Of a stretch of 64,000 nt of DNA, positions 23,935 through 35,900 are shown piece after piece. How positions within the stretch are numbered: the stretch's first letter is position 1; each line of letters begins with the position of its first letter. Both the position numbers and the translations under genes were made by a program. The stretch is from Paraspadella gotoi. Its lineage: Eukaryota; Animalia; Chaetognatha. The stretch lies in assembly GCA_051294375.1 (NCBI GenBank), contig CM119266.1, positions 19,293,657-19,357,656 of the forward strand, read 5' to 3'. The notes below the pieces were generated by a model. The model was given only the letters and a program-made list of their open reading frames with translations, was not told the origin of the DNA and made no database searches.

Positions 23935-26900
23935 CTACAATGGAAGCTCTAACCCACCAGGTCCGTCAAAAGTCAAGGTTAAATTAAGCTATTACGCTGG
24001 AGTACGATCTAACTTTCAAGATTAATAAAAACATAATAACTTACCGCCGCTTTGACTGAGCATTCGCCATCACCCATAGAAGTGGGTGGGGAAAGTTGCA
24101 TAGATGAAACATGGTCTTTTTGCGAGGTAATGACTGAAAGGAGTGGCGATGTATTCTAAAATAAAAGTGATATCAACATGTCATAAATGGCATTATGTCA
24201 GCCGAAACATTTTGCGTTTACTAAATAAATCGATGTTCTACTTCAACAGTATTAAAATATCAAAAAAGTGTGTCTCGCCCACTAGTTGCTAATATTTATT
24301 AAATAATAAAATCCTGACCTCAAAGCCATATAATTAAATAATTAAAACGAATACTCCTACATTAAAATATAATAAAAATGAATAGGTAGCCACCTGCAGC
24401 GGCTGCTGCGAAGCCAAAGGGTTAGTTCGAACAGCGACGGGTATCGAGGCTTCAAGCGCCGACGTGTCTCCAGAGTAAGACTTTTTTGTAGCCGTCGCTA
24501 AAATTTTGTGGACAGACTGCACAAAAACAAGATTACATAACTATTTAACTTTAATTTTTTAGTCATAAGTAATTCAATCTAGATCTAGCAGAATCATTTC
24601 AAGGCTTTTCAGGTTACAGAGATTAAACTAATTTAAGTGTACACTATAGGCTCAAAAAAATTTATTAGCATAGCATATAATGTTTAGGTACTTTAGGTCA
24701 AAAATGTTTCCTAATGTGGGTACTAGCCTATTTAAAATCATTATATTATGAAGTATAACAAACTTTTTTCAAGCATAAAATAAAACAAAAAATATAATCA
24801 CAACTTTTTAAAAATTCATTCAATCATTTATTTTTACTGTTTTCACCCACATCAAAAAAGCTATTTAAATCTAGTTGTAAAATTATATGCGCCATCTTTA
24901 AAATAAATCTTTAGAATAGGATAAGACACAGACTGGACCCAACTTGCCTTTAAATGTCTGTCTAAATTATGCATCCAAGCAAAGCCTCGACGACAAATGT
25001 TGCAACGATGCGGCTTGACTCCGAGATGAACGTGAATGTGATCCTTGAGATGTCCTCGCAAATTGTATTCTTTTCCGCAAATGTTGCATTGAAAAATTGT
25101 TTTAGGCAAAGGTTTCGATCCAACACCTAAATAAACAGTTTTTTTTTTTTTGCATAAGCCCACTTGGAGAAAAATATAAAATTGACTGAATAACATATAT
25201 TTTATTAAACATTTGTCATTGGCCAATTGGGCTTCAACTTCCTAATATCTATTAAAAATCTAACAGGGATCAAATAAGGCAAAAAGTACTAAATTAATGG
25301 AACGACATGCGCTAATAAAGTCTGGATGTCAGCGTTCGTAAATAAAATGATAAATAAAAAAAAAAATGTTAACTGACCGGCTTCGTCGGTGCCAAGGAGG
25401 GGATTTTCCTTGGCGATGACGTGACTTTCCACCTGCGCCGTCAACACGTCGGGATCAAATGTCTCGTCGACGGCGTCGACGTCGCCCTCCTCGCCGCCCC
25501 CGCCCTCCAGCGGGGGTTCGGGTGACTCGGCCTCCGGGGAGAGGAGGCTCGAGGGAGAAGAGGCGCCCGATTCATCGAGCCTTTTGGTGGCGCCAAGGGG
25601 TGATGCGACGGAGGAGGCAGGGACTGACTCAATTTGATGTTCATGCTGTACGAGAGGAGAAGAAGAAGACGAATCAAATGAGGTTAATGAAACGGAATTT
25701 ATGTCTCATTAAAACTTAACCCCAAATAAATGATATCTCTTCTTTTGCAGAAAAAATGGGCCAAATAAAAGAACATTGTCTCCAAAATACAATTTGAAAA
25801 CAAACCTTAAGATGTAAAACAAGATCTGTGATTTTCAAAAACTGTTCCCCGCACTTCCAGCATGACTGTATGGATCCATTGTTGGTAGGTAATGTGGTAT
25901 AAACGCCGGATTTGAGATCAGACAGAGGAATATTTACAGATTCCGGACTAAAGGCAACTCCGCCGAGAGTTGTGGTTGTCACCGAAGACTCCGTTGGCGT
26001 GGCTTCCGCCGACCTTATGGAGGAAACGCCTCCAATTCCTTCGCCCGAACCGCTCACTGAGGTCACTACTATCGCCCTCGAAGTTACCGCGGCTCCGTCC
26101 TCACTCGTTGCGATCAACTGAAATTGCTGTGGTTGTTGCTGCACCGAGTGAGGCAAGGAATGCTGCTGCGGCAGAGGGGCGGCGACTGTGGCCGTTAAAG
26201 CGAATTCGCTCGTCGTCCCGTCCAAGGGTTTCGACACCGTCGTAGTGGCCGTCGTCGTCGTAGCCGCGAACACGCTCACCGTCGGGTGTTCTTCGACGGT
26301 TTCGGAAGCAGTAGGCAAAATGGGTTGGGCCGGGGGAACTCCCGGACCAGTGTCTACGACGGCCGTGCCCGCTCCACCATGGGCAGTGGCCTTGTGGCGG
26401 TTCAGCGAACCTATCTGAGTGAAGGCGCGGCTGCAGAGTGAACATACGTAAGGTTTCTTTCCGGTGTGAACGAACTGGAGAGATATCGGATGCAAGGGGG
26501 AGGCAGGGAGGAAGTGAGGGATATTGAAGAAATTCGCGAGTCGAGTAGAAGCCATCGACGCCAGTTGGCAAAATTCACATTTCGGTTCCGGGATCCGGAA
26601 GCGAAGAGAGATAGCAAGAATTTAAAAGTCACAGAAAAGAAGAAAAAGTGTTCCATAGGAGTAATCCGGCCTTTTTCAATAATCAGTAATCTCTTTTATT
26701 CGTGTTTTATTTAACAAAAGACAAAGGTGTATCAAGGATGCAAAAGGGAAATATAACCTGATCAAAATATTGAAGAACAACGCACATCGTGCGATTTGCA
26801 TTTGTCATTGATGAGTTTATTTCTTAATTTAGATATTTTAATCGAGGATGGACGGCATAAATATATATACATCCAGCATACAATTTTTCATATGTTTGAG

Positions 26901-29900
26901 GTAAATGTACGATTATGTATATTTTATTTTCATGCTAAAAGCGTAAAAGGCTCTCTGTTTGAAACTTTACTCGTCTCATTACAAAATAAAACTGGTTTAG
27001 CATAAAGATTATCAATTCGAAAAAAAGCTAGGTATTTGCCTCCTGACTTGGGAAAGGCTATGGTGGCTTAGGGCCTCAACCCCCTTACAAGAATCTAGTT
27101 TATAATTATCTTGGATATTTGGCTTATCAATAAATCTTTTTTCTATTCTTCTATTAAATCATTCGAAAAATGGCTCAGAATTAGCATACCAGATGGAAAA
27201 TAATAGAACATTATAGAATTAAAATATTCATGATAAATTCTACCAAGTTTCATAATTTTTTTGCTAAAAAAATATAAAATATAACTTCGAAAATGCGTTT
27301 TGCATAATGCATAATAACAACTGAACCTTCATAGCTTCAATTAGTTTTTAAAGCAAGTAGGGAGTTTTCTTACATTCCCAACGGAGAGCCTTTTTAAAAC
27401 GAACTAAGAAGCACAGTGACATACTAAACTAAGTGAGGAATGGTTATATAGAAAGATGATTTTCATCTCCAGGGGAGATGGTAAAAGCATTATCTTACCG
27501 TTCTCACCTTGTGAATTTCTAAATTTCCTCTCGTGGAAAAGGCTTTGCCACAGGTGGTACAAACATATTTCTTTGGTCGTTGTCCCGGTGAGGGGACAGA
27601 GAGTGAAGGAGATACCACAGTAACAGAAGGATTCGAAATCGGGGATGTGTTTACTACCGCCGTCGCTCCAATTGGCTGAACGATGGGGAAAAAGTGGATT
27701 TGAAAGATTGTAGGAAGAGCGAATTAAAGACACCGCTAGGAGTGTACCCCTGCCCCTTTCGATTTTAATTTCATAGTAGATATCTATCACTGCCCTATAT
27801 TTAGTGACTTACGGCTTGAATATTTTGAGCCATGGAAACGGTTCCGACGGCGGTGACGGGAATGGTCACAATGCTGCTTCCTTGAGGCGCCGAGGTGGAA
27901 ACGCCGATGGCGGTGGATGCCGCCGAAGCAACCGGCGTCGCCACGATTATTTGCGGCTGCTGTTGTTGAAGCTGTGGCAGCTGTGGCAGCTGTGAAGCCA
28001 CTAAAATTTGCGGCGACGACGATGTTTGTTGGATGATCTGAGGCTAAAACGATGCATTCGTTATAACCCGAGTTATGTCAATAAATTATGTCTTCTTTAA
28101 TATAAAAGTTCCTTACTTGAGGAAGTTGGAGAATGGGATTCGCCTTGACGGCGTTGACAATAGCTACTGGTTGAGGTTTGCCATCGGGACCCAAAATCGT
28201 CGGGGGTACGATCGGCGTTCGGGAGGGGTGGTTTTTTTCAACTTGGTAAGTCCCTTTAAAAATAAGCATTTAAAAATTTATCCGGGTATAAATTTAATAA
28301 ACGAAGCAAAATATAAATATTACTGAGAAAGGATTTTGCGAAAATCCATGCAGATTTATTTAAAAATGGCAATATGCTGCCATATAAAAATTTAACAAAA
28401 ATCGCTCCACCGGATAAAGCTTCTTGAAAGCACGTACGTATACTACTGACACTTATTTTAATCTTTTCGTAATGTTAAGAGAAGCGAGCGAAAAATTATC
28501 ATGAAAATAAATGATCAGAATTAGTGTCATGGTCCAGCACATCAAAACCAAATCTAAATCTATGGAGAAAATATTTCAAACTGCTTTTGAAGTGAAACCA
28601 AACTTGCCTTGTAAATTTTCTGGAAGGAATAAAATTCCAATTCAATGAGTCAAATACATATAAACCATAATCAAAATAAAAAAAAACTAAACGCCTGTAA
28701 TTAAAACTAAAAAGCAACCAAAACGTGGAAGCAGCATCGACCCACTTTTTATTATCAAAAACGTATAAGACTCACCGTCGGGGGAAACCGTGAGAAGAGG
28801 GGGTTTTTCGATTTCAGGATTAACAGTCTCACACAGCCGCGTGGCCTCGTCATCCGCCAAGCTGTGAACTTGTTTCAAATGGCGTGACAGATTCCCTTTC
28901 GTAGACACCTAAGTTTACAATGATGACGATAGAATAGTAAAAATTAGAACCACTTTTTACCTTGGCTTTCACTGCAGTTTACTGTGCAGTGTCCTCTAAC
29001 CTTTCGTCCGCAAGTGGGGCACGCATAAAGCCTGCGACCAGTATGAAGGGTCATATGTTGGTCGAGGTGATGCTTTTGAGAAAAGGCCTTTCTGCAATAA
29101 ACGCAGACGAAGCTTCTTTCTTTCCCATCGGGCCCCACTATCGTTGTCGTAGTACCATGAGAGGGCGCGGTCACGGAGGTCACGGGCTGTGAAAAAAAAA
29201 GTTAAGAATGCGGAAGATCCGAGCCTCTGGAGTAATTCTTATTAGTGGGATCTGGTAAGTCCTATTTTTCCAAGAAAGTCCGTCAAATTTTAGCAATTAC
29301 CTGGGTAAGTCCATCGATCGCCAGAATGTTGCCGTCTAATGAGACGCCGTCTCTGACTTCATTACCCGACTCAGCAACAGGTTCGGCTTTCGGAATTTTC
29401 GATTCGACATCCGTCGCCGTTTCACTATTGCCACCGGTGATGGTGTTGTTGGTGTTGTTGTTACTGCTGCCAGTGCTGTTCTCGCCATGCAATGCATGGT
29501 GCTTTTTCAAAGCAGACACGGTGAAGTAGCGCTTTCCGCACAAAGAACACATGAATCGCTTTTTTACCTAAATCAACAACAGTTTAATTTAATTTTGTTA
29601 AAAATTGTTTTAAACAAGTTTGTACCTTAGAGGCGTTGGCCTGTCCTTGACCGCCACTTCCGTTGACGGATCCCGCATTGGACAAACTCCCGTCCCCTGA
29701 GGCGTCGCCGTCGACTCCTTGTCCACCGCATGACGCGACTCCTTCGCCCGATAAAAGGCCTCCACTTGAGGCACTTCCACCCACGCTTTCCTAGAAGAAA
29801 AGCGTCAATAATTAATTGATATAAACCGGTATTTTCATTATGGAGAAAAACAATTTAATTGAAAAATATGATTTACTAAAAATACCAACCGGCTGATCAT

Positions 29901-32900
29901 TTAAGGTAAACGAATCCGTTTCTTTCGCGTACGAGAGACCAGCTTTAGACTCGAGTAGCGCTAAGCACTGCGTTTTGAGAGAGGCCCAGGGCAGTGATAG
30001 ATCAAGCCCTGGATCACGCACACTATCCAAAGTATCTATCAAATCCTTCGTCACGGTTTCCTCCACATTTTGCAGAAGAATGCGACCGTTCTAAAAAAAG
30101 GAGCAAGGTTATATGAACTTAGCTAGATATTCTAAAATCTATGTAACTCATAGTTTTCTAGTAAATAAACCTGCAAGACGGTTTGCTCGTGCGGTGTTAG
30201 CGGTCTGTTCTTGCCGGCACAACGGCATTCACCATCAGGCTTTGTCAGAGCGGCCGTTGTTATCCCCACACCGCCAACTGGCGGATTCTCGATCGCCCAC
30301 TTTTGTTTGCAGAAAGCGCAGGGAGTAAGTTCGCCATCGGACTCGCATGAAGTCGTTCCGTCGGCGTCTTTCGACTTGGGGTGAATCTCTGCGGCCTCTA
30401 GTAGACGGTACTTTTTTTCGTCTGGACTGAGCGAAAAAGCTAAAAAAAAAAACAAAAGGGAAGGAGTTATAAATGGTACATTGGTAGTGAAGATCTCGTC
30501 CTCTCTCACCCGTGAGGTTGCATAGTTGTCGCGCCAGGATTTGGTTGGTAAAGACGCAGGTGAGAGTCAAACAGGTGTGGGCCAGGTCGCCCTCAGCGTT
30601 TGCGGCCGAGGGTCTGTCGGACGCCTTTAGGGCCATGTCCAGGGCCTCACGGTCCATGCGAAGTCCCAAAGTGGCGAGCTGGACGCAAAGCTGGAGACTC
30701 GAACCTCCAAACTGAAACGGGTATAGAGAAAAATTGAGTCAAATACCTGTATTAATATAATTTAACTTGAACATAATGCTTATTAAGATTGACTATTTCA
30801 AGACAATTTAAATTCAACTACAAGATAGTAAAATTATTTGTTTTTATCAAGATTAATTAATAACTGACCATGCGATGGAGGACTTGGATGAGCATGCCCA
30901 ATTGAAGCGAGTTGGCCGCCAGCTGGGCCACCTTCAGAACGCTATGGGCAAACGTGTCTAAACTACCGTCGGCCCGCGCTTGCAACTCACACCAGAGCCA
31001 TAACAAATCCTGAGAGTAGGAGTTTAAAGGTAACTAAACAATGATTTTTACAAAAACATAACCATCATACTCGTACCTTAGTGCAGCAATAATAAGTCGG
31101 TTTGACCCAGTCCTGTAATGTACACGCCTGGGCCAGTTTCAAAGCTACGTCTTCTGCGTCGGGTTGCGTCTGCTGCAGTCTTTGGATCAACGCAACACCA
31201 TGATCGCAAGTGATGCTCTTTACCTGCGTACAATACAAACAAAAGCATTTTTGAAAAAGAATAAGTGGTGTTTACTGATCTCAAATGGAGAATATTAACC
31301 GACAAAATAATGGGGGCGAACGACACCGACAGACCGACAAATTATGTAATCGGGTCCGCTTTAAGAAGTTCCTACTAAAAATGGGAGCGGACCGGCGGAC
31401 CGACCATGTTTTTTTGTTTTTTTGACCTTTTTGTAAACTACTTCACCCCTGAAATTATCCTTTTTTTTTCAGTCTATATAACTTTACCTTCCTTTGTCTC
31501 TTACTTTCTATAGAAATTTGCTCTTCTGTCTGCACACACTAGATCTTCACTTGCATCGCTTTACACAAAATAGCACATTTTTGCCTGTTTTAGTCTTAAT
31601 AAACCAGATGGCTTCACAAATAAAAGAGCATTTTAAAAAACAAAATAACATTCAATTTTAGTTTAAGTACATCCTCCAGAGGTTTTAAACTTTTTTTAAA
31701 AACAAAACCATCCTATGAAATTTTTTTGGTGTTTTCACCCTATTCTACTAGAGGGCTTTAAAAAGAAGGAAGCTTTTTGTAAGACAAAGGAACATTCAAA
31801 ATAAACTTTATCTGCACCCACTAGATCTTCACTTGCACCTGCTTTCCAACAAAATAGCAATTGTTTTTTAAAATTTTTATTATCTTAAAACTTTTTTTGC
31901 TATTTTTAATAAGTATTTTTTTCTTATTCTATTTTATTTTATTACATTTCTTATTCTATATATCAATCAAAGAATTTTAATCATATGTCATATATTAAAA
32001 CTAAAATAATATTGTTTTGATTTATAAATATTTTTTTTATTACTAAAATATTATTAGTGCCGCAGTAACAGTTCACTTAAAGCCCTTGAAAAAGATTTAC
32101 ATGTATTGGCGCAGCAACTGGTTTCTGGTGTTTCTATTCATTGTCACCTCTTTGGTGAAGCTGCCGAGGTCACCCGTTCGATACAAACACAGCAACTGCG
32201 CTTCCCGCATCGTCAGATTGTCCGCGTACTTGGGATGAGATAAGCAAGCCGTCGCTAAACGAGCTGCCAAATCCTGAGTGACGATGATAGAAAACAAGTT
32301 TGAGCAAAAAATGCACTAAAAAAATCATAACGAATAGCAATGTCTCGATAGCTTACTTGACAATCCTGTTTAGCCAGAAAGTCAACGAAGAGCAGCAAGA
32401 GCGAGGGACTTTCGGATTCGATGTAGGAGAGAACCTCGTCCGGCTGAAGGTCCTCCTCCCCGCTCAATATTGCGCTCAGCGTCGGGTGGCGCTCGTTCCA
32501 GGGACGTTCGATTAACTCAAGCACGTGCTGAAGAAGCGGAAGATCGAATCCGCGTAAAACCTCGTGCGCCCTTTGAATCGCGCCTTAAAATAAAGAAGGT
32601 TAATACAATACATAATAATAATTCAAAACATTGTGGTTGTTGCAGAATGCATTTACATTTTGTTTCAAAATGAAAAAAAAAAGCAGAATTAAATAGCGAA
32701 ACTTTTTGTTTTGTTTTTCCACTCGGATGATTCAATCGAAACTTTATTGCCAGGTCAATCAAACACTTATTTACCCACGGTCCCGCACAAAATTTCAAGT
32801 CAATCGTTCGATCCACTCATGAGTAAATAGAGTTCGGACAGTCAGACGGCCATCAATTTTTTGCGCAATTTTTCATACTTGATAGTGACAGACGGCGCCT

Positions 32901-35900
32901 ACCGGAAAAAGCTTTTCGGACGTCATCACCGCAGTTGAACCAGTCGGCGCTGAGTACCGCAGTGGCGCATTCGATAAATAGTTTGTGGAACGTCGTCGAT
33001 ATTTCCGACGAAGACGACAAAAGCGTTGGGCGCTTTGAAAGAAATTAGCGTAAAAGTAAATTTTAAGAAAATGGAGGTAGGTAAATCATTGTCTATTAAG
33101 GAATCTAACCTGAGCTGCAAACTGTTCAACAGCAGATTCCAGAGCACCAATCTTCGAGGCGAAATCTTTACTTGACTCAAGGGCATCTTGAAGATTCTGC
33201 AACATTAATAAAATATCTATTAGGGTAAGGGATTAGGTTAGAGTTAGGCACAGTAAAAACATTCTTAAATACGTAAAGACCGTTTCATATGGACTTGTTT
33301 TATGTAGATCGGAAGTGATAAAGATTTTTAATTAAATTTCAGCTAAAATAATTTTTAAAAACTTTCAAACAGTGAAATTCATCAATTTTATTTACTTTTT
33401 TTATTAAGTAAAGATGAATAATTTTTGAAGATTTATTATAATATAGGTAAACATCACTTAGAAATAATTTAAAATATAAATAGTATTTCGTGTACAAAGC
33501 AGAGTTTTTATTTTGACAAACAACGATATATTTTGTCCAAATAAAAACGTAACGAAAAGAAAGGAAATTACTTAAATAGTATTTTATATTATATTAATAC
33601 TTGAATTAGATATTAACTTTGATTTCCCCACCCAAACCCTCATCAGTTGCCTCGGCTCGAGATATCTACAGCGAGCCTCTCCCCCCAACTCTCTCTGGGC
33701 TATTAAGCTTATAACGCTAGAAAGTAAAAAAGTGGGTTACGGTTCGTGCCCTTAAGAGCAATACTAGCTAGTATTCCAAAAAAGGAAATACTAGTTATAA
33801 CAAAATCCACAATGTTTAAACATTTAGTGTAGGAAAAAAAAAAGGTTGAGAGAAGAGGCCGTCATCCTCGATCTGGGGCGTCAACTTTGGATTGGAATCA
33901 ACAGACTGAACACTGAACAGTGTCCTACTCTTTCACTTTGGAATTAAAACAACCTAATATCGAACTACCCTGGGTAATTTGGTGTGAGCGCAGAGAGAGA
34001 GAGAGAGAAATTGAGAGAGAGATTGAGATAGAGAGAGCGAGAGAGCGCTCTCGAGCTTGGAAGAAAATAATGCATTTTAGAGAGCTATGATCGCGCCCGT
34101 GACATGTAGTCGATGTGGGACAGTGGGCCTCCTCTCTGCGAGTAATCAGCTGATTTCAGAGAGAGGCAGTTTAAAAATATACGTCAGTGCTAAGGAAAGC
34201 CCCACCATTAATGATTACGAACAACTTCACCTGAATAATAAACTCTTTTAAACAAACAATATTATCGATAACGATATAATATCCTCAGATTTTTCTCATT
34301 AAAACTTTTTAAATCCCTAATTTTCATAAAATTTTTTTATAATAATACTTCCCTATCGTCATCAATATTTTTTTTTATTTTTCTACTAAGGCTTTCAGTA
34401 CTGGAATTCTTAAAACATTTCTTTCAAACAAAGCGAAGTTAGCAATTCATGGAGCTGCTTCAATCATTCCTGATCCAACATACTGAATATAGAATTCACT
34501 AAGTAATATGGAGAAGGCAACTAGAGCCATTTCCTAGGAATGATGCAATTGGAAACAATTTAAAAGAAAACTATTGATTTGTTATGACTTTCTCTTACAT
34601 TCACTCTCTTTCTCGCTTCTCAACTGTACATAACTTTTTAAACTCTTCATAACTTTTCGGTCCTGAAAAATTAACCTAAATGATTTTTGACAATTTACTT
34701 TTAAATAATAATATTTTATTATTATATTATATATATATATATTCAATATATTCAGCCTTAATACTTAAAGAAATCTTTATATATTATATATATGTATACT
34801 CCCTAAACAATATAAAAGTTATAAAAGCACTGATTAAAAAGTATTTTAAAATATTAATTATAGTTTATAAACAATATTGATTTTTGTATAAATGTTTAAA
34901 AAATATTAATAAACTTATTTTTTAAAAGCTTTAAATCCTAATTTTGTATTAATAAAACATTATAATGTTTAATATTTTTTCTTATATATTATTATATATT
35001 ATGTAACATAATTTTTATTTTATATCTTTTATATAATTGTATCCATCCTCCCCCTGAAATAGACTGCCCCCTCTACAGTTGCTTCGCCTCGAGGCCCTTT
35101 TGAGCAATATAATCTCATTTTTTCTGGCGGCGCGTTTCAAATTGCCATATTGTACGCCTTTACAATAAGTTTTGTTATAAAACTAAAATTATAAACTAAG
35201 GCGAAAGATTTATCCCGTAATTAATCTATGAATTTTGTATTAGTTTAAAAATAGATTCAATGATGTTAAATTGTTTAACCTGGCAGGTGCTCTCTGATCA
35301 ACTTAAATCTAAAAAAAATTTTTGAATATCTCAATAATCGACTTCGTCGCTATGATTTTCCGCTGCCGAAGAAGGCAGCGTCTCTGACAGCGTTTTTTGC
35401 AGCTGCTGCAATGCTCAGTAAAGCCTGGCAGCGATTCTTGCAAAAATGAAGAGAAAGAAGAAAGAAAATGGCTTCCCTTGGACGCCATGTTGAATGCGAG
35501 GCTCGGCGAGTGAGAAGCCTGGCTAGCGCGAAGGAAACCATCTAAACAGAAGCCTGACTTGCTAGGTAACACCCGAGTACGATGAATACTTACACTCTCG
35601 GCTCCAGACCTAGCGGTTGATGATGACGATGTTGTAGAAACAAGCCTCGAAACTAGTTTTTCGCTCGAAAGACGTTAGTCAGACATCAAAAATAAAATCA
35701 GATATTCATTTAAGGGAAATAAAACTCGTTCCGTTCTCCTGTATTAGATCACCCCTAGTTGAGATTCAACTGACATTTTTAGTGAGCGTTTTAACCGGGT
35801 TCATTTATATCTCTCTATTCATTGAACAATAAAGATATTTTGCACATACGTAATAGGATAAACGTTTAAAGAAATTTGAACTTCTCTTCTAGAAATTTTT

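Noticed and set aside
33184-33186. ATG of ORF 32926-33186 as the start of the ZNF292-like gene
   Set aside because: Wrong frame; the NLQDALESS frame joins the upstream exon 38559-38344 and continues the conserved domain.
35560-35645. Hammerhead-like GATGA...GAAAC beside a hairpin
   Set aside because: Lacks the CUGAnGA core and a paired stem II.
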